From the IMG/VR virus record IMGVR_UViG_3300044295_000401: a stretch of DNA of 64,000 nt, one strand, 5' to 3'. The notes below the pieces were generated by a model. It was given only the letters and a program-made list of their open reading frames with translations, searched no databases and was not told where the DNA came from. The DNA comes from an uncultured virus (IMG/VR IMGVR_UViG_3300044295_000401). Its lineage: Duplodnaviria; Heunggongvirae; Uroviricota; Caudoviricetes. The position numbers were made by a program, and so were the translations under genes. This document shows, piece after piece, positions 47,701 to 57,882 of this stretch; within the stretch, counting starts at the first letter, position 1; each line of letters starts with the position of its first letter.

Positions 47701-49029
47701 GATAAATCTTATACAGTATTTACTGTAAAAAAATCGTCAGATACATATGCTCATCAAGGGTTTAAATTTAATACCCTTACTAATACTTGGACTAACGTAG
47801 ATAAAGATTATGTTTGTGGCGTTATTAACTTTGCCGATGACAAAATGTATGTTGGTGTAGGAGATACAAACTACATTGAACAAGAACGTAAATCTTTTAC
47901 TAGAGAAGATTACGCTGATCGTGAGTATGTTCTTAGTGTATTACCTAATTCAACCGGTACATCAATTTTTGTTGACTCAGTTAATGATATTGATGTAGAC
48001 GATGTTATTGTTCAAAATCAAACTCTTACCGTTTACTTCTATAATATGCTTTTAAAGAAGTTAGATAATGATCCAGGAATACCTAGTTCAAATTATTTTA
48101 GTTTATTAGAAGCGGCTACTGGTAATAATTTACGTTCAAAATTAGTGTCTTTAGCTCAGAAATTAGATAGTGATTCTTTACAGTTTACTAATTATGAGAC
48201 CTCTATTGACACATTATCTGGTAGTATTAGCGCTATCTCTACTGGATCTACGGTAACAATTACAGCTAATAATCACGGGTTAATTACTGGTAGACAAGTA
48301 AATATATCTGCTACAAATAGTGTACCTACTATTAATGCACAATATGAAGTGACTGTTATAAATGCTAATACATTTACTATTCAACCGGGTGTTACTGTAA
48401 CAACGGCTGGTACTAGCGGATTATATTCCACTGTAACTAGTGATTTTGATGATTTAAAGGTTTGCTATAATCAAATTATTACTAAATTAAACTTAGATAA
48501 TATTGTTGCTTTTGCTAATTATCAGCAAGTAACACACTCAACCGCTCAAGAAGTATTAATTGTTGATATTAACAAAATTACAAAAGAATTGATTTTAAGC
48601 CAAGAAGTTCCTTTTATTCAAGGTGAATTTACTGTTTATAAGTCTATTCCTTGTGAAGTTATTTATAGTCCAAATACATTTGGCGGCGATCCTTCTTCTC
48701 TAAAACATATGAGAGAAGCACAGTTAATGTTTGATAGTTTAGCATTTACTGGCGGAACAGTTAGTTTTGCTACAGATTTATTACCTATGTTTGAGTCTAT
48801 TGACTTTGTTGCTGATGGTAATGGTATTTTTGGGTTTACTGCATTTGGTGAGGGATTCTTCGGGGGTGGAAGTCATGGGGCTCCTATAAGAACATATATA
48901 CCCCGTAATTGTCAACGTTGTCGTTACATGTTAGTTAAGTTTAATCATCAAGTTGCTCGTGAAAAATGGGCATTATTTGGTATTGTACTAACTGGAGAAA
49001 CGCAGCTTAGCAGCCGCGCTTACAAGTAA
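44737..49029 (+). CDS. large tail nozzle / stabilisation protein (tubular B-like) with inserted domains
   Basis: 1430 aa; RRGF, RIYYSK, LFVFKEDG, RCRY motifs; inserted HGL..G..V.I.G beta modules. Confidence 0.6.
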   Translation: MPSIFTLKALGLNRQPNQLEVPEGSLSLAKNVTIQRDGVLESRRGFKLYGNEFGTSSDRAKQLISYKQRILRHYSSTLQYDNGAGVFSSLAGSVLEPETGLRIKSIEANGNLYFTSSDGIKKISAKTAADLTTASGVITNAGAVKAIDITGSVNYNYADQTSFLTQDSAVAYRVVWGYKDNNTNLLLGTPSQRIEVYNSLLTLLLQDYMHLLGALDDIGALGALINDKNYVNTLKLNISASASDLLTNLIALATKIDNDILYADDVAVAPLQIASATISSGICTVTFSSGDPSQYVSAGSKIYLAGFTPGTSGVLNGAQTVASVTTTTLTFNTSATGIVTTSTPTIVSNNYRSITQPAVPSIPPTNNDLVNLQNYILDIITQLIAEPTTVIDNTVSSNYIDNLDVTKASSVNLRITIPQDVNSNYFFQIYRSAIFEATGTQVLSIDVFPNDELQLVYEAFPTSAELSAGFIEVEDIVPDDFRGANLYTNASTGEGILQANDVPPFAKDINVFKNSVWYANTHTRHRLAVSLLGVQSMITDYNNGITPSITIATTSSYNTYKFIVGKVEIYDITCVAGASLAASGTGSYFDVYSGEDERSYRLWYKIGTAVAPSSGGHTLVEVLASAGDSSTDIANKTRDALNRLSKDFSATASTNVVTVNLTKQGYTTNASAGTSGHTINITQQGQGENVSNKEILLSDNVSPAIAVQDTAQSLTRVLNSNPSENIYVYYTSGAQEVPGQMVFEARSLTNSQFGIVTNNANSGTAFNPPFSPTLEISSITTGSPTSMTVVTSSAHGLTNLDYVYISGSDCTPSIDGYHQITYVDSTTFRVNVTVTVGGSKGGVIKPSEIETSSNEDFSNRIYYSKYQQPEAVPILNYFDVGAKDKAILRIFPLRDSLFVFKEDGLYRISGESIPFNLALFDTSCILVAPDSVSSVDNVIYGWTRQGVASVTESGTRNVSRPIDIDLLPLASTVYPSFKTATWGLGYESDKSYTVFTVKKSSDTYAHQGFKFNTLTNTWTNVDKDYVCGVINFADDKMYVGVGDTNYIEQERKSFTREDYADREYVLSVLPNSTGTSIFVDSVNDIDVDDVIVQNQTLTVYFYNMLLKKLDNDPGIPSSNYFSLLEAATGNNLRSKLVSLAQKLDSDSLQFTNYETSIDTLSGSISAISTGSTVTITANNHGLITGRQVNISATNSVPTINAQYEVTVINANTFTIQPGVTVTTAGTSGLYSTVTSDFDDLKVCYNQIITKLNLDNIVAFANYQQVTHSTAQEVLIVDINKITKELILSQEVPFIQGEFTVYKSIPCEVIYSPNTFGGDPSSLKHMREAQLMFDSLAFTGGTVSFATDLLPMFESIDFVADGNGIFGFTAFGEGFFGGGSHGAPIRTYIPRNCQRCRYMLVKFNHQVAREKWALFGIVLTGETQLSSRAYK

Positions 49030-49030
49030 T

Positions 49031-49444
49031 ATGGCTAAATTACCCTCTTGGCGTAGAATTCTTGAACAAGATTATCCTCAAAAATATCAAGATCTTATTC
49101 AACAAATGTCTATTCCATTAAACTACGGGATTGAAGTATTATATAATCTTTTAAATGGTAAGTTAACGTTTAAAGATAATATTGCTTCTACTATTAAAGA
49201 ATTTGATGTTCAAGTTGATGCTAATGGTAAACCACAAAATAAAATAACAATTAAAAAAGCATCTGACGATAGGATTGAAGGATTAATTGTTGTAAGGGCA
49301 CAAAATCTTACAAATTCAACAACTTATCCATCAACTGGTATATTTATTACTTATACTGAAACAACAAATACTATAATAATAGACCATATTACTGGGTTAC
49401 AAACAGGAAATTTGTATAGAATTAACATTATAACCTTAAGATAA
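49031..49444 (+). CDS. hypothetical virion protein
   Basis: LNGKLTFKDNI segment; follows the tail gene. Confidence 0.55.
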   Translation: MAKLPSWRRILEQDYPQKYQDLIQQMSIPLNYGIEVLYNLLNGKLTFKDNIASTIKEFDVQVDANGKPQNKITIKKASDDRIEGLIVVRAQNLTNSTTYPSTGIFITYTETTNTIIIDHITGLQTGNLYRINIITLR

Positions 49445-49454
49445 AAGGATATTT

Positions 49455-49465
49455 TTAACAACTAT
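49455..49465 (+). promoter_or_regulatory. TTAACAACTAT motif, copy 8
   Basis: 10 nt before the ATG at 49476; no SD in between. Confidence 0.65.
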
Positions 49466-49475
49466 ATAATATAAT

Positions 49476-51014
49476 ATGCCTATTCTACCTTCTTTTAAAC
49501 CTACAAACCAAGCTGGAAGCGGATTTACAAACCTTCAGCAGTACCTACAAGCCAATAAAACAAATAGGCTAGGGCAGACTGTTGCCGGTGGTGTACAACA
49601 AGCTGGTGAAGCTGCTAGAGGAGCTATAACTCAAGCTGGACAGCAGTTCCAAGCTGGTGCTCAAGCTGAAAAACAGCGTTTAGGGCAAGCAGGTCAACAG
49701 GCGGGTCAATTACTTCAAGATCCAACTCAAGCAAATGATGAACAAGTTAAACAATTTCAAGGGGTTTTAGCTGGAGAAGCTAGAGGTCCTACTGGAATTG
49801 CTAATGCTGAAGAGCTTAAGTCTAAGACTGAAGAAGCTCAAAAGCTAGGTAGAGCGGGCGGTTCAGAACAGGGTCGTTTTGGTCTATTACAGCGTTATGT
49901 TGGTCGCGGAAATCAATATGGGCTAGGTCAACAGCGTCTTGATCAAATGCTATTAGGTCAGACTGGACAGCAGCAATTACGTACTGCTAGAGCTGGTACA
50001 GCGGGTTTAAATCAGCAATTAGCGCAGCAAGTGTCTGGTGCTGAAGCTCAGGGTGCAGAATTACAGGGTCAAGCCCGTCAATTAGCTGAATCTACAATGA
50101 GTAAACTAGGTCAAGAAGCTACTTCTTATGATACAGCAATGCAACAAAAACTAGCTCAACAAGAAGCAGATGTTAATGCTGCGCTTAATAAGTTTAAGTC
50201 AATGGATAATACCGGCATCTCTTTTACCCCCGAACAATTAAAACAGCTTGCTGATGTATCAGGTGGAATTCTCAAAGAAGGCGCTACTTTATATGGAGCT
50301 AATGTTGCTCCATATGTTCAAATGAATAAGCTTTACGATGTTAAACAAGCTGCGCAATCTGCTGAGGATTTAAAGAGAGCACAAGCCCTTGCTAAATTAG
50401 GTGGTCAGAGTTTTGCTGCAACAGATCAATATAAAGCTCTTTCTCCTTACTTACAGAATCCCGAGTTAGCCGGTAAATTCCTAGCTAATCAATTTGATAT
50501 TACCTCAAGAGGCGATTTAGCTAATGCTATTCAGCAACAACGCCAAGCTTACGAAGGTTCGTTAGCTAATGAACAGAATGTACTTGCTAATACAGCAGCA
50601 CGTCTTGGAAGAGAGCAAGAAGCATTACGTGAAATGTATGCAGCCTCACAAGGAATTACTGGAGCAGGTTCTACTGTTGCTGGTCAAAGAGTAGAATTAC
50701 CAGATGCTCTAAATTGGGCAAAGAGCCAAGCTCCTACTTCTGTATCTTATGATCCCACTCTTTCAAACCTAAATGCAAGTCAATTACGCTCAATTGCTGC
50801 TGAAAGAGGTATAGATGAAAACGGTAATTCTGTGCCTACAGCTAGAGCTTCTCAAGCTAATGCAATTTTAAATAGTCAGTTTGCAACTCAGGGTCAAAGC
50901 CAATATAATTTAATTAAAGGGTTACAAGATACACAAGCTGAACATCAGCGTGTTCTTGCTGGATTACCTGATGAGTATAAAATATTTAGAGCTTTAAAAG
51001 CTTTACAGAGTTAA
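49476..51014 (+). CDS. putative internal virion (ejection) protein
   Basis: Q/A/G-rich helical composition; position after tail genes. Confidence 0.55.
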   Translation: MPILPSFKPTNQAGSGFTNLQQYLQANKTNRLGQTVAGGVQQAGEAARGAITQAGQQFQAGAQAEKQRLGQAGQQAGQLLQDPTQANDEQVKQFQGVLAGEARGPTGIANAEELKSKTEEAQKLGRAGGSEQGRFGLLQRYVGRGNQYGLGQQRLDQMLLGQTGQQQLRTARAGTAGLNQQLAQQVSGAEAQGAELQGQARQLAESTMSKLGQEATSYDTAMQQKLAQQEADVNAALNKFKSMDNTGISFTPEQLKQLADVSGGILKEGATLYGANVAPYVQMNKLYDVKQAAQSAEDLKRAQALAKLGGQSFAATDQYKALSPYLQNPELAGKFLANQFDITSRGDLANAIQQQRQAYEGSLANEQNVLANTAARLGREQEALREMYAASQGITGAGSTVAGQRVELPDALNWAKSQAPTSVSYDPTLSNLNASQLRSIAAERGIDENGNSVPTARASQANAILNSQFATQGQSQYNLIKGLQDTQAEHQRVLAGLPDEYKIFRALKALQS

Positions 51015-51037
51015 ATAATTAATAAGGAGAGTAAATA

Positions 51038-52075
51038 ATGTCGCTTTTAGCTGCTGGAATGGTTGGTTCTGGCCTTGTAAGTGGTTTACTGGGAGCAAGT
51101 GCTCAAAGAGACGCAGCTAATGCTGCTGCTGATGCACAAAAGGCAGCTCTTGCTGGTTATTTTTATAAACTTGATCAAGTAGGAATGCCCCCTGATCAAT
51201 CTGCTGCTGTTATTTTAGAGCAATATAAACAAGCTGGTATTTTAACTCCTGAACTTGAACAACAGATTAAAAGTGCTGCTTCTGAATTTAGTAACATTAA
51301 ACAAAATAAACAAGCCGTTGAATTTCAATCACAAGCATTACGAAGAATGTCTGACCTTGGCCGCGCAGGTTTAACCGAAGATGAACGCGCTCAATATCGT
51401 CAACTTCAAGCTGATGCTGCTCGTCAAGCTGAAGCACAACAACAATCTATTATTCAAAATTTAGCAGCAAGAGGTCAAGGTGGCGGTGGAGCAGAAATTG
51501 CTGCTCGTTTAGGCGCAGCCCAAGCTGCGGCTCAACGTTCTTCTGAATCAGCGGATCGTATTAGTTCTATAGCTGCTCAACGCGCTTTACAGGCTATTGC
51601 ATCTGGTGGTAGTTTAGCTGGTCAAATGGAAGCTCAAGATTTTGGTGAACAAGCTCAACGTGCTTCAGCTGCAGACGTAATGAATAGATTTAATATTCAA
51701 AATCAAATGGGTGTAGAACAACGTAATGTTGCTTCTAAAAATGCAGCCCAAGCTTCTAACTTACAGAATCTTCAAAATATTCAAAACATGAACGTATCAC
51801 AAACTAATCAAGAAAAATATAATCAATTACAGCGCCAACGTCAAAATTGGCTCGATAAATTAAATTATGCGCAAGCTTATAGTCAACCTATGCAAGCATA
51901 TGGTCAAGTTGGAGCTAATCAAGCGCAACAAATTGGTCAATCTCAAGCTAATATGTGGCAAGGTCTTGGTCAAGCTTTTACGGGTGGTATGGGTTATATG
52001 GGACAACAACAAAATTTTGATAAGTTATTAGCCGCTAAAACACCCAAAAGCAATGAAATTAATTACGAGAACTAA
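51038..52075 (+). CDS. putative DNA ejection / pilot protein
   Basis: Gly/Ala hydrophobic N-terminus, Q/A-rich coiled coil. Confidence 0.6.
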   Translation: MSLLAAGMVGSGLVSGLLGASAQRDAANAAADAQKAALAGYFYKLDQVGMPPDQSAAVILEQYKQAGILTPELEQQIKSAASEFSNIKQNKQAVEFQSQALRRMSDLGRAGLTEDERAQYRQLQADAARQAEAQQQSIIQNLAARGQGGGGAEIAARLGAAQAAAQRSSESADRISSIAAQRALQAIASGGSLAGQMEAQDFGEQAQRASAADVMNRFNIQNQMGVEQRNVASKNAAQASNLQNLQNIQNMNVSQTNQEKYNQLQRQRQNWLDKLNYAQAYSQPMQAYGQVGANQAQQIGQSQANMWQGLGQAFTGGMGYMGQQQNFDKLLAAKTPKSNEINYEN

Positions 52076-52079
52076 TTTT

Positions 52080-53648
52080 ATGCCTAATTTTAATGATGAA
52101 AACAATTTATTAGATACCAACACTTTATCTATAAATCCTGATAGTGATTCTGATGAAGTAAAATTAGCTAAATTAATTAAACAAAAGCAAATGCTGGATT
52201 TAATTAATCCATCTGTTAATATGCCTAAAATTAACCCAGATGCGGTTAATTCTCCTTCTATATCATCCGGCGCATTTCCTTTAGTTAAATCCGATCTAAA
52301 ACTTACAGATGAATCCGTTTTTAATAAACAACATGATGAATTTGTAAATGGTCAGAGTGTTCCTCAAGTTGGTTTAAATGAACAGCAATTAAAAGATTTA
52401 CAATCATCATACGTTGATCCTAGAGAACATAAAGCATTAGATAACCAAAAAGATATTTCACCATTATTAAATCAAATGAAACAATTAATGAGCGATGCAA
52501 ATGCACCTAGCGGTGGCTCAGTTTCATTACAGGATCAAAAAATAAATAAACTTGTCTCTAATCAACCATCTTCTGTTGCTATTATTCCGCAACAATCCTA
52601 TATGGATAAACTAACCGAATTACAAGATCGAGCTAATAGGATGGGAAGTTTGATGGATTTGGGTAGAGCAATGACCGCTGCTAGCGGTACTATGGTTGGT
52701 AGTAAAGAAAATCCATTAGATAAAGTTTTAGCTGGTATGAAAGAAGACGTTCTTTCTACTCCTAAACAGTTTATTGGATTAAAAGAACAAGAAAAAAACG
52801 ATCCTAATAGCGATATTTCAAAACAATATAGAGCAATTGCTGCCCGAATGGGATTTGGTGCTGAAACAAAAAATTCTTCTGCTGCAGACATTGAAAAACT
52901 TACTCCACAGCTTGCTAATATTTATAATCAATTAGAAGCTAGAAAAGCTAGACATGAAGATTTAGTTCTTAAATTACAAGAACTTGGATTAAAAAAACAA
53001 GAATTACAACAAGAAAAACAAGCAAGAGAAACAACCAAAAGATTTGATGAACTAAATAAAAAACTAGTTTCAGAAATCGCTAGCTCTCGTACAACTTTTG
53101 GAACTGACGCTAAAACTCTTCAGGGTGTTCAAAATGTAAAAGCTTTAATAGAAGGCAAAGATCCCAATGAGTTAGATAATAGAGAAGTATATGAAGTTGC
53201 TAAAGTGTTAGATCGTATTCTTTCTCAAGGAAATCCTACTATTTCAGGTTCTGCCAAGCTAACACCTGATACTGCTCGTGGTCTAGTTTCTAAGTATTTA
53301 GAGTACTTTACAAATAAAAGAACCGGTGCAGGAGCGGGTAGTTTTATTGAAAGATTTAGTAAAACATTAGATCGAGAAGAAAAACAAGCTATAAATCGTA
53401 TTATGCAAACGCAAGGTAAATTATTATCTTCCTATTCGGATTTAGAGCAAAAAGATCCAGGAAAATGGGATTTAATAATGCAACAACATAATCTTCCTTC
53501 TGACATTTTAACTAAAAAGAATGTAACAAAAGAAGAAAAAGATACAGTTAAACAAGATCCAAAAGTTGTTCAATATTCAAAACAATATAATTTAAACTAC
53601 GATGACGCATTAAAGCTGCTTAAAAAGAGAGGGTATAATGCCGAATAA
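52080..53648 (+). CDS. putative internal virion protein
   Basis: Likely start MPNFNDE; helical; within the ejection-protein cluster. Confidence 0.5.
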   Translation: MPNFNDENNLLDTNTLSINPDSDSDEVKLAKLIKQKQMLDLINPSVNMPKINPDAVNSPSISSGAFPLVKSDLKLTDESVFNKQHDEFVNGQSVPQVGLNEQQLKDLQSSYVDPREHKALDNQKDISPLLNQMKQLMSDANAPSGGSVSLQDQKINKLVSNQPSSVAIIPQQSYMDKLTELQDRANRMGSLMDLGRAMTAASGTMVGSKENPLDKVLAGMKEDVLSTPKQFIGLKEQEKNDPNSDISKQYRAIAARMGFGAETKNSSAADIEKLTPQLANIYNQLEARKARHEDLVLKLQELGLKKQELQQEKQARETTKRFDELNKKLVSEIASSRTTFGTDAKTLQGVQNVKALIEGKDPNELDNREVYEVAKVLDRILSQGNPTISGSAKLTPDTARGLVSKYLEYFTNKRTGAGAGSFIERFSKTLDREEKQAINRIMQTQGKLLSSYSDLEQKDPGKWDLIMQQHNLPSDILTKKNVTKEEKDTVKQDPKVVQYSKQYNLNYDDALKLLKKRGYNAE

Positions 53649-55407
53649 AAACGATTTATTTGCTCCTCCTTCAAAAGAAGAATTAAATAGTTTATTCGCT
53701 GCTCCATCTGAAAGCGAATTAAAAGATTTATCCGGTCATCCAGAAGAATCTTCCGCGATTGAAGCCGCTTTAAGTGGAGCTGCACAAGGTGCTACTTTTG
53801 GTTTTTCTGATGAATTAGGTGCCGCTGCAGACGTTGCTGGTGATGTTTTAACCGGAAAGACACCATCTGATTTAACCTCTAAATGGCGTGAATATCAAAA
53901 ACAACGCGAAGCTGTAAATTTAAAACAACAAGAAGAACATCCTTGGGCTTACACAGGCGGAGATATTGCTGGTAGTATTTTACCAGGTTTAGTTCCTGGT
54001 TTAGGAATAGCAGGTGAAGCCATGACTTTAGGTAAAGCAGCTAAAGCTGGTGCAGCTTATGGTGCTTTAACTGGTCTTGGAACATCTAAAGCTGATGTAT
54101 CTAAATTACCAGAATTAGCTAAAGACGTAGGAACTGGTGCAGTTGCTGGCGGCGTTTTAGGTGGAGCATTGCACGGTATTGTTAATAAAATACCCAGCAC
54201 CACAAAAGATTTAAGTGAACAGTTTACAAAAGATAGTGATTTTTTAAGTAAATTAGAGCTAGGTTACCGCATGGGCCAACGTGGTATTACACCTACTACA
54301 AGTCGTGGTAAAAATGTAACTGCCTTTATGGGCCAAACACATGAACCTAATAAAATTGCCAATAAATTATTAGAAGTAGATCAAAAAATTGCTGAACCTA
54401 TTAAAGGTATGTTAGCTATACATGAAGGTTCTATTGATTTAGACCCACAAGCAACAACTCAATTAATTAATTCAATTAAAGAAACTCCAACTCTTAAAAA
54501 ATATTTTGCTAAAAATGCTCCAGAATTATTAGAACAAATTAATGAAACCGGTAAAATTAATCCTATGGATGCGTGGGAGCTTAAAAAAGCCTTGTTTAAT
54601 TTTAGCGATGAATTGAGTACAAAAGCTACTCATGATTTAGCAGCCGGTGCTGCTGCTAGAGAAGCAAGAGATTTTGCTAAAAACTTAAATAATGCTTTAA
54701 AAGAACAAGTAATTGGTTATGCTGATGAAGCTAATAAATTTCAAGCTTGGCGTGAAAATATTATTGATGTTCTTTTAAATCCAGGCAAAAAACCCGAAGC
54801 TAGAGAAACGTTTTTAGGTGATTTGAATAATAAAATTGGCGGTTTAACTGACTCTGTAGAAAATGTATTTGGTACAGCGCATTTACCAGGAGCAAGTGCT
54901 GCTTCTTCAGAAAGAGCAGCTATGTATCAATTACAAAGTGGTTTATCTAAACTTGAAAAAGAAGTACCAGAAGCTCTTCAACATATGGGGTTTGAGAATG
55001 CTGAGCAAGGTGCTCAAAAATTTAACGACTTAGCCAATAAACTTTCACTATTAAAACAATTCCAAGGTCATGAACCACATGAAGGAATGAAAAAAACTGC
55101 ATTAGGTCAAATTGTAGGTTCTGGAGAAGGTTATGTATATAACATGGCTAATAGATTAGGTCAGCTTCAAAAGGCTACTGTATCCGCTCCTGCAAAATTA
55201 TCTAAATCTGTGTATAATATGACACCCGACCGAATGAAAATTATGGCGGATAGTTTAATGCAGAATCCTTCATTACAGCGTTATGGGGCTAAATTAGGTC
55301 AGGCCATAGATTCTAATCAACCTTACCTTAAAAATGCTGTATTATTTCAGATTTTACAAGATCCAAATGCAAGGGATTATTTAAAAGACATGCTAGTGGA
55401 GAAATAA
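53638..55407 (+). CDS. putative large internal virion protein
   Basis: QGATFGFSDE motif and Gly/Ala-rich membrane-like segment. Confidence 0.55.
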   Translation: MPNKNDLFAPPSKEELNSLFAAPSESELKDLSGHPEESSAIEAALSGAAQGATFGFSDELGAAADVAGDVLTGKTPSDLTSKWREYQKQREAVNLKQQEEHPWAYTGGDIAGSILPGLVPGLGIAGEAMTLGKAAKAGAAYGALTGLGTSKADVSKLPELAKDVGTGAVAGGVLGGALHGIVNKIPSTTKDLSEQFTKDSDFLSKLELGYRMGQRGITPTTSRGKNVTAFMGQTHEPNKIANKLLEVDQKIAEPIKGMLAIHEGSIDLDPQATTQLINSIKETPTLKKYFAKNAPELLEQINETGKINPMDAWELKKALFNFSDELSTKATHDLAAGAAAREARDFAKNLNNALKEQVIGYADEANKFQAWRENIIDVLLNPGKKPEARETFLGDLNNKIGGLTDSVENVFGTAHLPGASAASSERAAMYQLQSGLSKLEKEVPEALQHMGFENAEQGAQKFNDLANKLSLLKQFQGHEPHEGMKKTALGQIVGSGEGYVYNMANRLGQLQKATVSAPAKLSKSVYNMTPDRMKIMADSLMQNPSLQRYGAKLGQAIDSNQPYLKNAVLFQILQDPNARDYLKDMLVEK

Positions 55408-55411
55408 TGTT

Positions 55412-55720
55412 ATGAGTAGAGAAGAGTTGATTTTAGAGATTATTGAAAAAGTTTACGAGAATGTTCAAAGGTTGGAAGGTAAGATAGACGCCTTAACTGA
55501 AGAACAGGTACGTCAAAATGTAGTGGTAACAGAACACGAAAGACGTTCAACTGCTGCTGAAAAACGTTTAGAGCTTTTACAACAAGACTTTAATTCTCGG
55601 CTTCAAAGCGTTGAAAAAGACGCAAACTTTGCTCACATCCTTATAAAAATTTGTACTTATGGTGGAGCTATTGTTCTTTTCCTTGTAAAGGTTTTGCCCT
55701 TTATTTCTTCTCGCCTTTAG
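55412..55720 (+). CDS. coiled-coil protein with C-terminal TM
   Basis: EHERRS motif; hydrophobic C-terminus; last rightward gene. Confidence 0.55.
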   Translation: MSREELILEIIEKVYENVQRLEGKIDALTEEQVRQNVVVTEHERRSTAAEKRLELLQQDFNSRLQSVEKDANFAHILIKICTYGGAIVLFLVKVLPFISSRL

Positions 55721-56183
55721 TTTCATTAATTAATTGATTCTCTAATACAGTTTCGTCTTTATCTAACTGCTCAGCTAACCAATCTATAGCTTCTCTAGTT
55801 TGTTTTTTATCTAATTCATTTATTAGTTTTTCTTCATAATCATTATAATCTGACTCTTCTATAAGAGTTTCATAATCAATTAATAATTTAGCTGCTTTTG
55901 CTCTAGTTAACACATCTCTATTACGAGAATTGTTTTGGTCGTAGCAGCTTTTACGAAGTTTTTTATTACGATGTAGGTTTTTACGTGGATTTTCAGAATC
56001 TAATGAAGCACTTACATATTCTCTATTAAACTGATTTAACCATTTTAATTCTTCTGGACTTAGTTTATCTAAATAATCTTGGTCTATCAATTCTAGCCTG
56101 CTTCTTAAGTTAAACTTTGGATCTAGGTCTGGGTGTTCTTGCTGACTTCTTCGACTTTTTGGCTTTCTTTTTTTCTTCGCCAT
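55701..56183 (-). CDS. hypothetical protein
   Basis: 160-aa ORF, basic N-terminus. Confidence 0.6.
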   Translation of the reverse strand: MAKKKRKPKSRRSQQEHPDLDPKFNLRSRLELIDQDYLDKLSPEELKWLNQFNREYVSASLDSENPRKNLHRNKKLRKSCYDQNNSRNRDVLTRAKAAKLLIDYETLIEESDYNDYEEKLINELDKKQTREAIDWLAEQLDKDETVLENQLINETKGEKK

Positions 56184-56820
56184 ATGATTCTTTCATTCTT
56201 TGTAACTGACCGGGTTGAAAGAAGTTTTTAATGTTTTCAGTTACAGAATATACTTTTCCTTTTTTAGTTGTTTTATACTTTAAAAATACATCTGAGTAAG
56301 TAAAAAATACATCCTTACTCATATGTGTTGCTGAATTTTTGTCTAATCCACGCTCATGGGTATACTTATCATATAAAAAATATAATATATCAGCTTCTAA
56401 CCAAAACGTACCGTTTTTTAATGAATGATATAATAAAAAGTCTTCGTAGTGGTTAGCCCAGAATTTACTCTTTAGTTTTCTTTTCTTTTGATCAAACTTT
56501 AAATAAGCTTCATGAGTTAACTGGATGGCATTTCTATTGATTAAATAACCATTACCTTTATTATCAAAATACTTATTTATTTCAATGTGAAATTGAGTTT
56601 TAGTAATTGGCTCTTTACTCCAAACTTTATAAATAGAATAAAGAGTAAACGGTTTAATAGTTTCTTCACCCTGTTGTATATTAAATACGCTAATAAAGTT
56701 TAATATATCATTCTTATATTCGAGGTTATTAGATTCTTGTACATTATCCGTTTGATTTAAAAGATCTAATAGCTCTTCTGTTTCAACTTGTGACGGTGTT
56801 TTTTTAATAGAACGTGTCAT
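56110..56820 (-). CDS. hypothetical protein, possibly two winged-helix-like repeats
   Basis: Two LY..Y..(W/Y)...F segments. Confidence 0.45.
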   Translation of the reverse strand: MTRSIKKTPSQVETEELLDLLNQTDNVQESNNLEYKNDILNFISVFNIQQGEETIKPFTLYSIYKVWSKEPITKTQFHIEINKYFDNKGNGYLINRNAIQLTHEAYLKFDQKKRKLKSKFWANHYEDFLLYHSLKNGTFWLEADILYFLYDKYTHERGLDKNSATHMSKDVFFTYSDVFLKYKTTKKGKVYSVTENIKNFFQPGQLQRMKESYGEEKKKAKKSKKSARTPRPRSKV

Positions 56821-57209
56821 TTAGTTAGTCTTGATGCGCCCCATACAGCAGCGCCTGTTACAGCTACTCCTAGTACAAAGTAGCCTATTTTTAATAAGTC
56901 AGATGTTTCCCTAGAATCATTGACAGCTTTAGTAAGCTCAATATTACGATTAAGAAGAAGAGAATTTTGATCTTGATAAAGCTTCTCATTTTTCTTGTAT
57001 AATTCAATTGACTTCTCATACGAATCATTTTGTTTTTCAAACGCATCTCGCTCGATAAGTTGATCTTTAATTCTTTCAGCTTGTTCTTTGTCTAGTAGCG
57101 TACCGTCATTAAATTCGGGTTTAACTACATCACCAGTATGTACTTTAATAGCGTTACCGGCGTAAGCTGAATTAGAAAAAATTAATAGCAAAGCAATAAG
57201 TTTATTCAT
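56817..57209 (-). CDS. exported coiled-coil protein with C-terminal TM (spanin-like?)
   Basis: Signal peptide ending AYA, coiled coil, C-terminal hydrophobic helix. Confidence 0.5.
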   Translation of the reverse strand: MNKLIALLLIFSNSAYAGNAIKVHTGDVVKPEFNDGTLLDKEQAERIKDQLIERDAFEKQNDSYEKSIELYKKNEKLYQDQNSLLLNRNIELTKAVNDSRETSDLLKIGYFVLGVAVTGAAVWGASRLTK

Positions 57210-57368
57210 GTTAGTTTTTGAATGGCAGTAGTTAAATCTTGAATGTATTTACGGCATTCACCGGCTTTATATTCTAAGTTCTCTAGATCAATTTTAGATA
57301 ATTCAAGTAAATATTCAAAGTGTTTAAGCCGAGCTTCTTGATATTCTAGTTGTTCTTGTAAATTTTGT

Positions 57369-57656
57369 TTAACGTATTCCACCGTTTGCCTTTACAATCT
57401 TATAATATTCATAAACTGGATCTAAAGTAATTGTATCTGTTTCTGGTTGTACACATTTCATGTGACGATTAATACGACACTTTAGTATTCTTTTATAGTC
57501 TTTTTCTGGGAGTTTCTTAATGTCTTGTCCGTCTTTATCACAAGGATACTGCTCAATACAACGACCATATTGGTCAGTATCCCTTTTTGGATCTGTTTCT
57601 CTATCTGCGCTTGAGAAAGTCGGTAGCATCAGAATTATCATCAGACTTAGCATCAT
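57369..57656 (-). CDS. small exported Cys-containing protein
   Basis: Hydrophobic N-terminus and four Cys; overlaps the upstream ORF. Confidence 0.4.
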   Translation of the reverse strand: MMLSLMIILMLPTFSSADRETDPKRDTDQYGRCIEQYPCDKDGQDIKKLPEKDYKRILKCRINRHMKCVQPETDTITLDPVYEYYKIVKANGGIR

Positions 57657-57882
57657 TCATTTCCTTTTTAATATCTGCTCTTTTAGCTTCTTCAGCTTCA
57701 ATTTGACCAGAATTAGAAGAAATCTGTTTGTTCATTTCGTTGATTTTATCTAAGTCTTCTTTATTATCAGCTATAGCATCTGTTGTTTTACGCCTGGAGC
57801 GCTCATAAATAAACGCTCCAGACATAATAAATAGAAGTATTGCTAATAGTGCTTGGAAATTATTTTTTAGTTTTTCCAGCAT
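57601..57882 (-). CDS. N-terminal TM plus coiled-coil protein (i-spanin-like?)
   Basis: Likely start MLEKLK; TM helix then coiled coil. Confidence 0.45.
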   Translation of the reverse strand: MLEKLKNNFQALLAILLFIMSGAFIYERSRRKTTDAIADNKEDLDKINEMNKQISSNSGQIEAEEAKRADIKKEMNDAKSDDNSDATDFLKRR

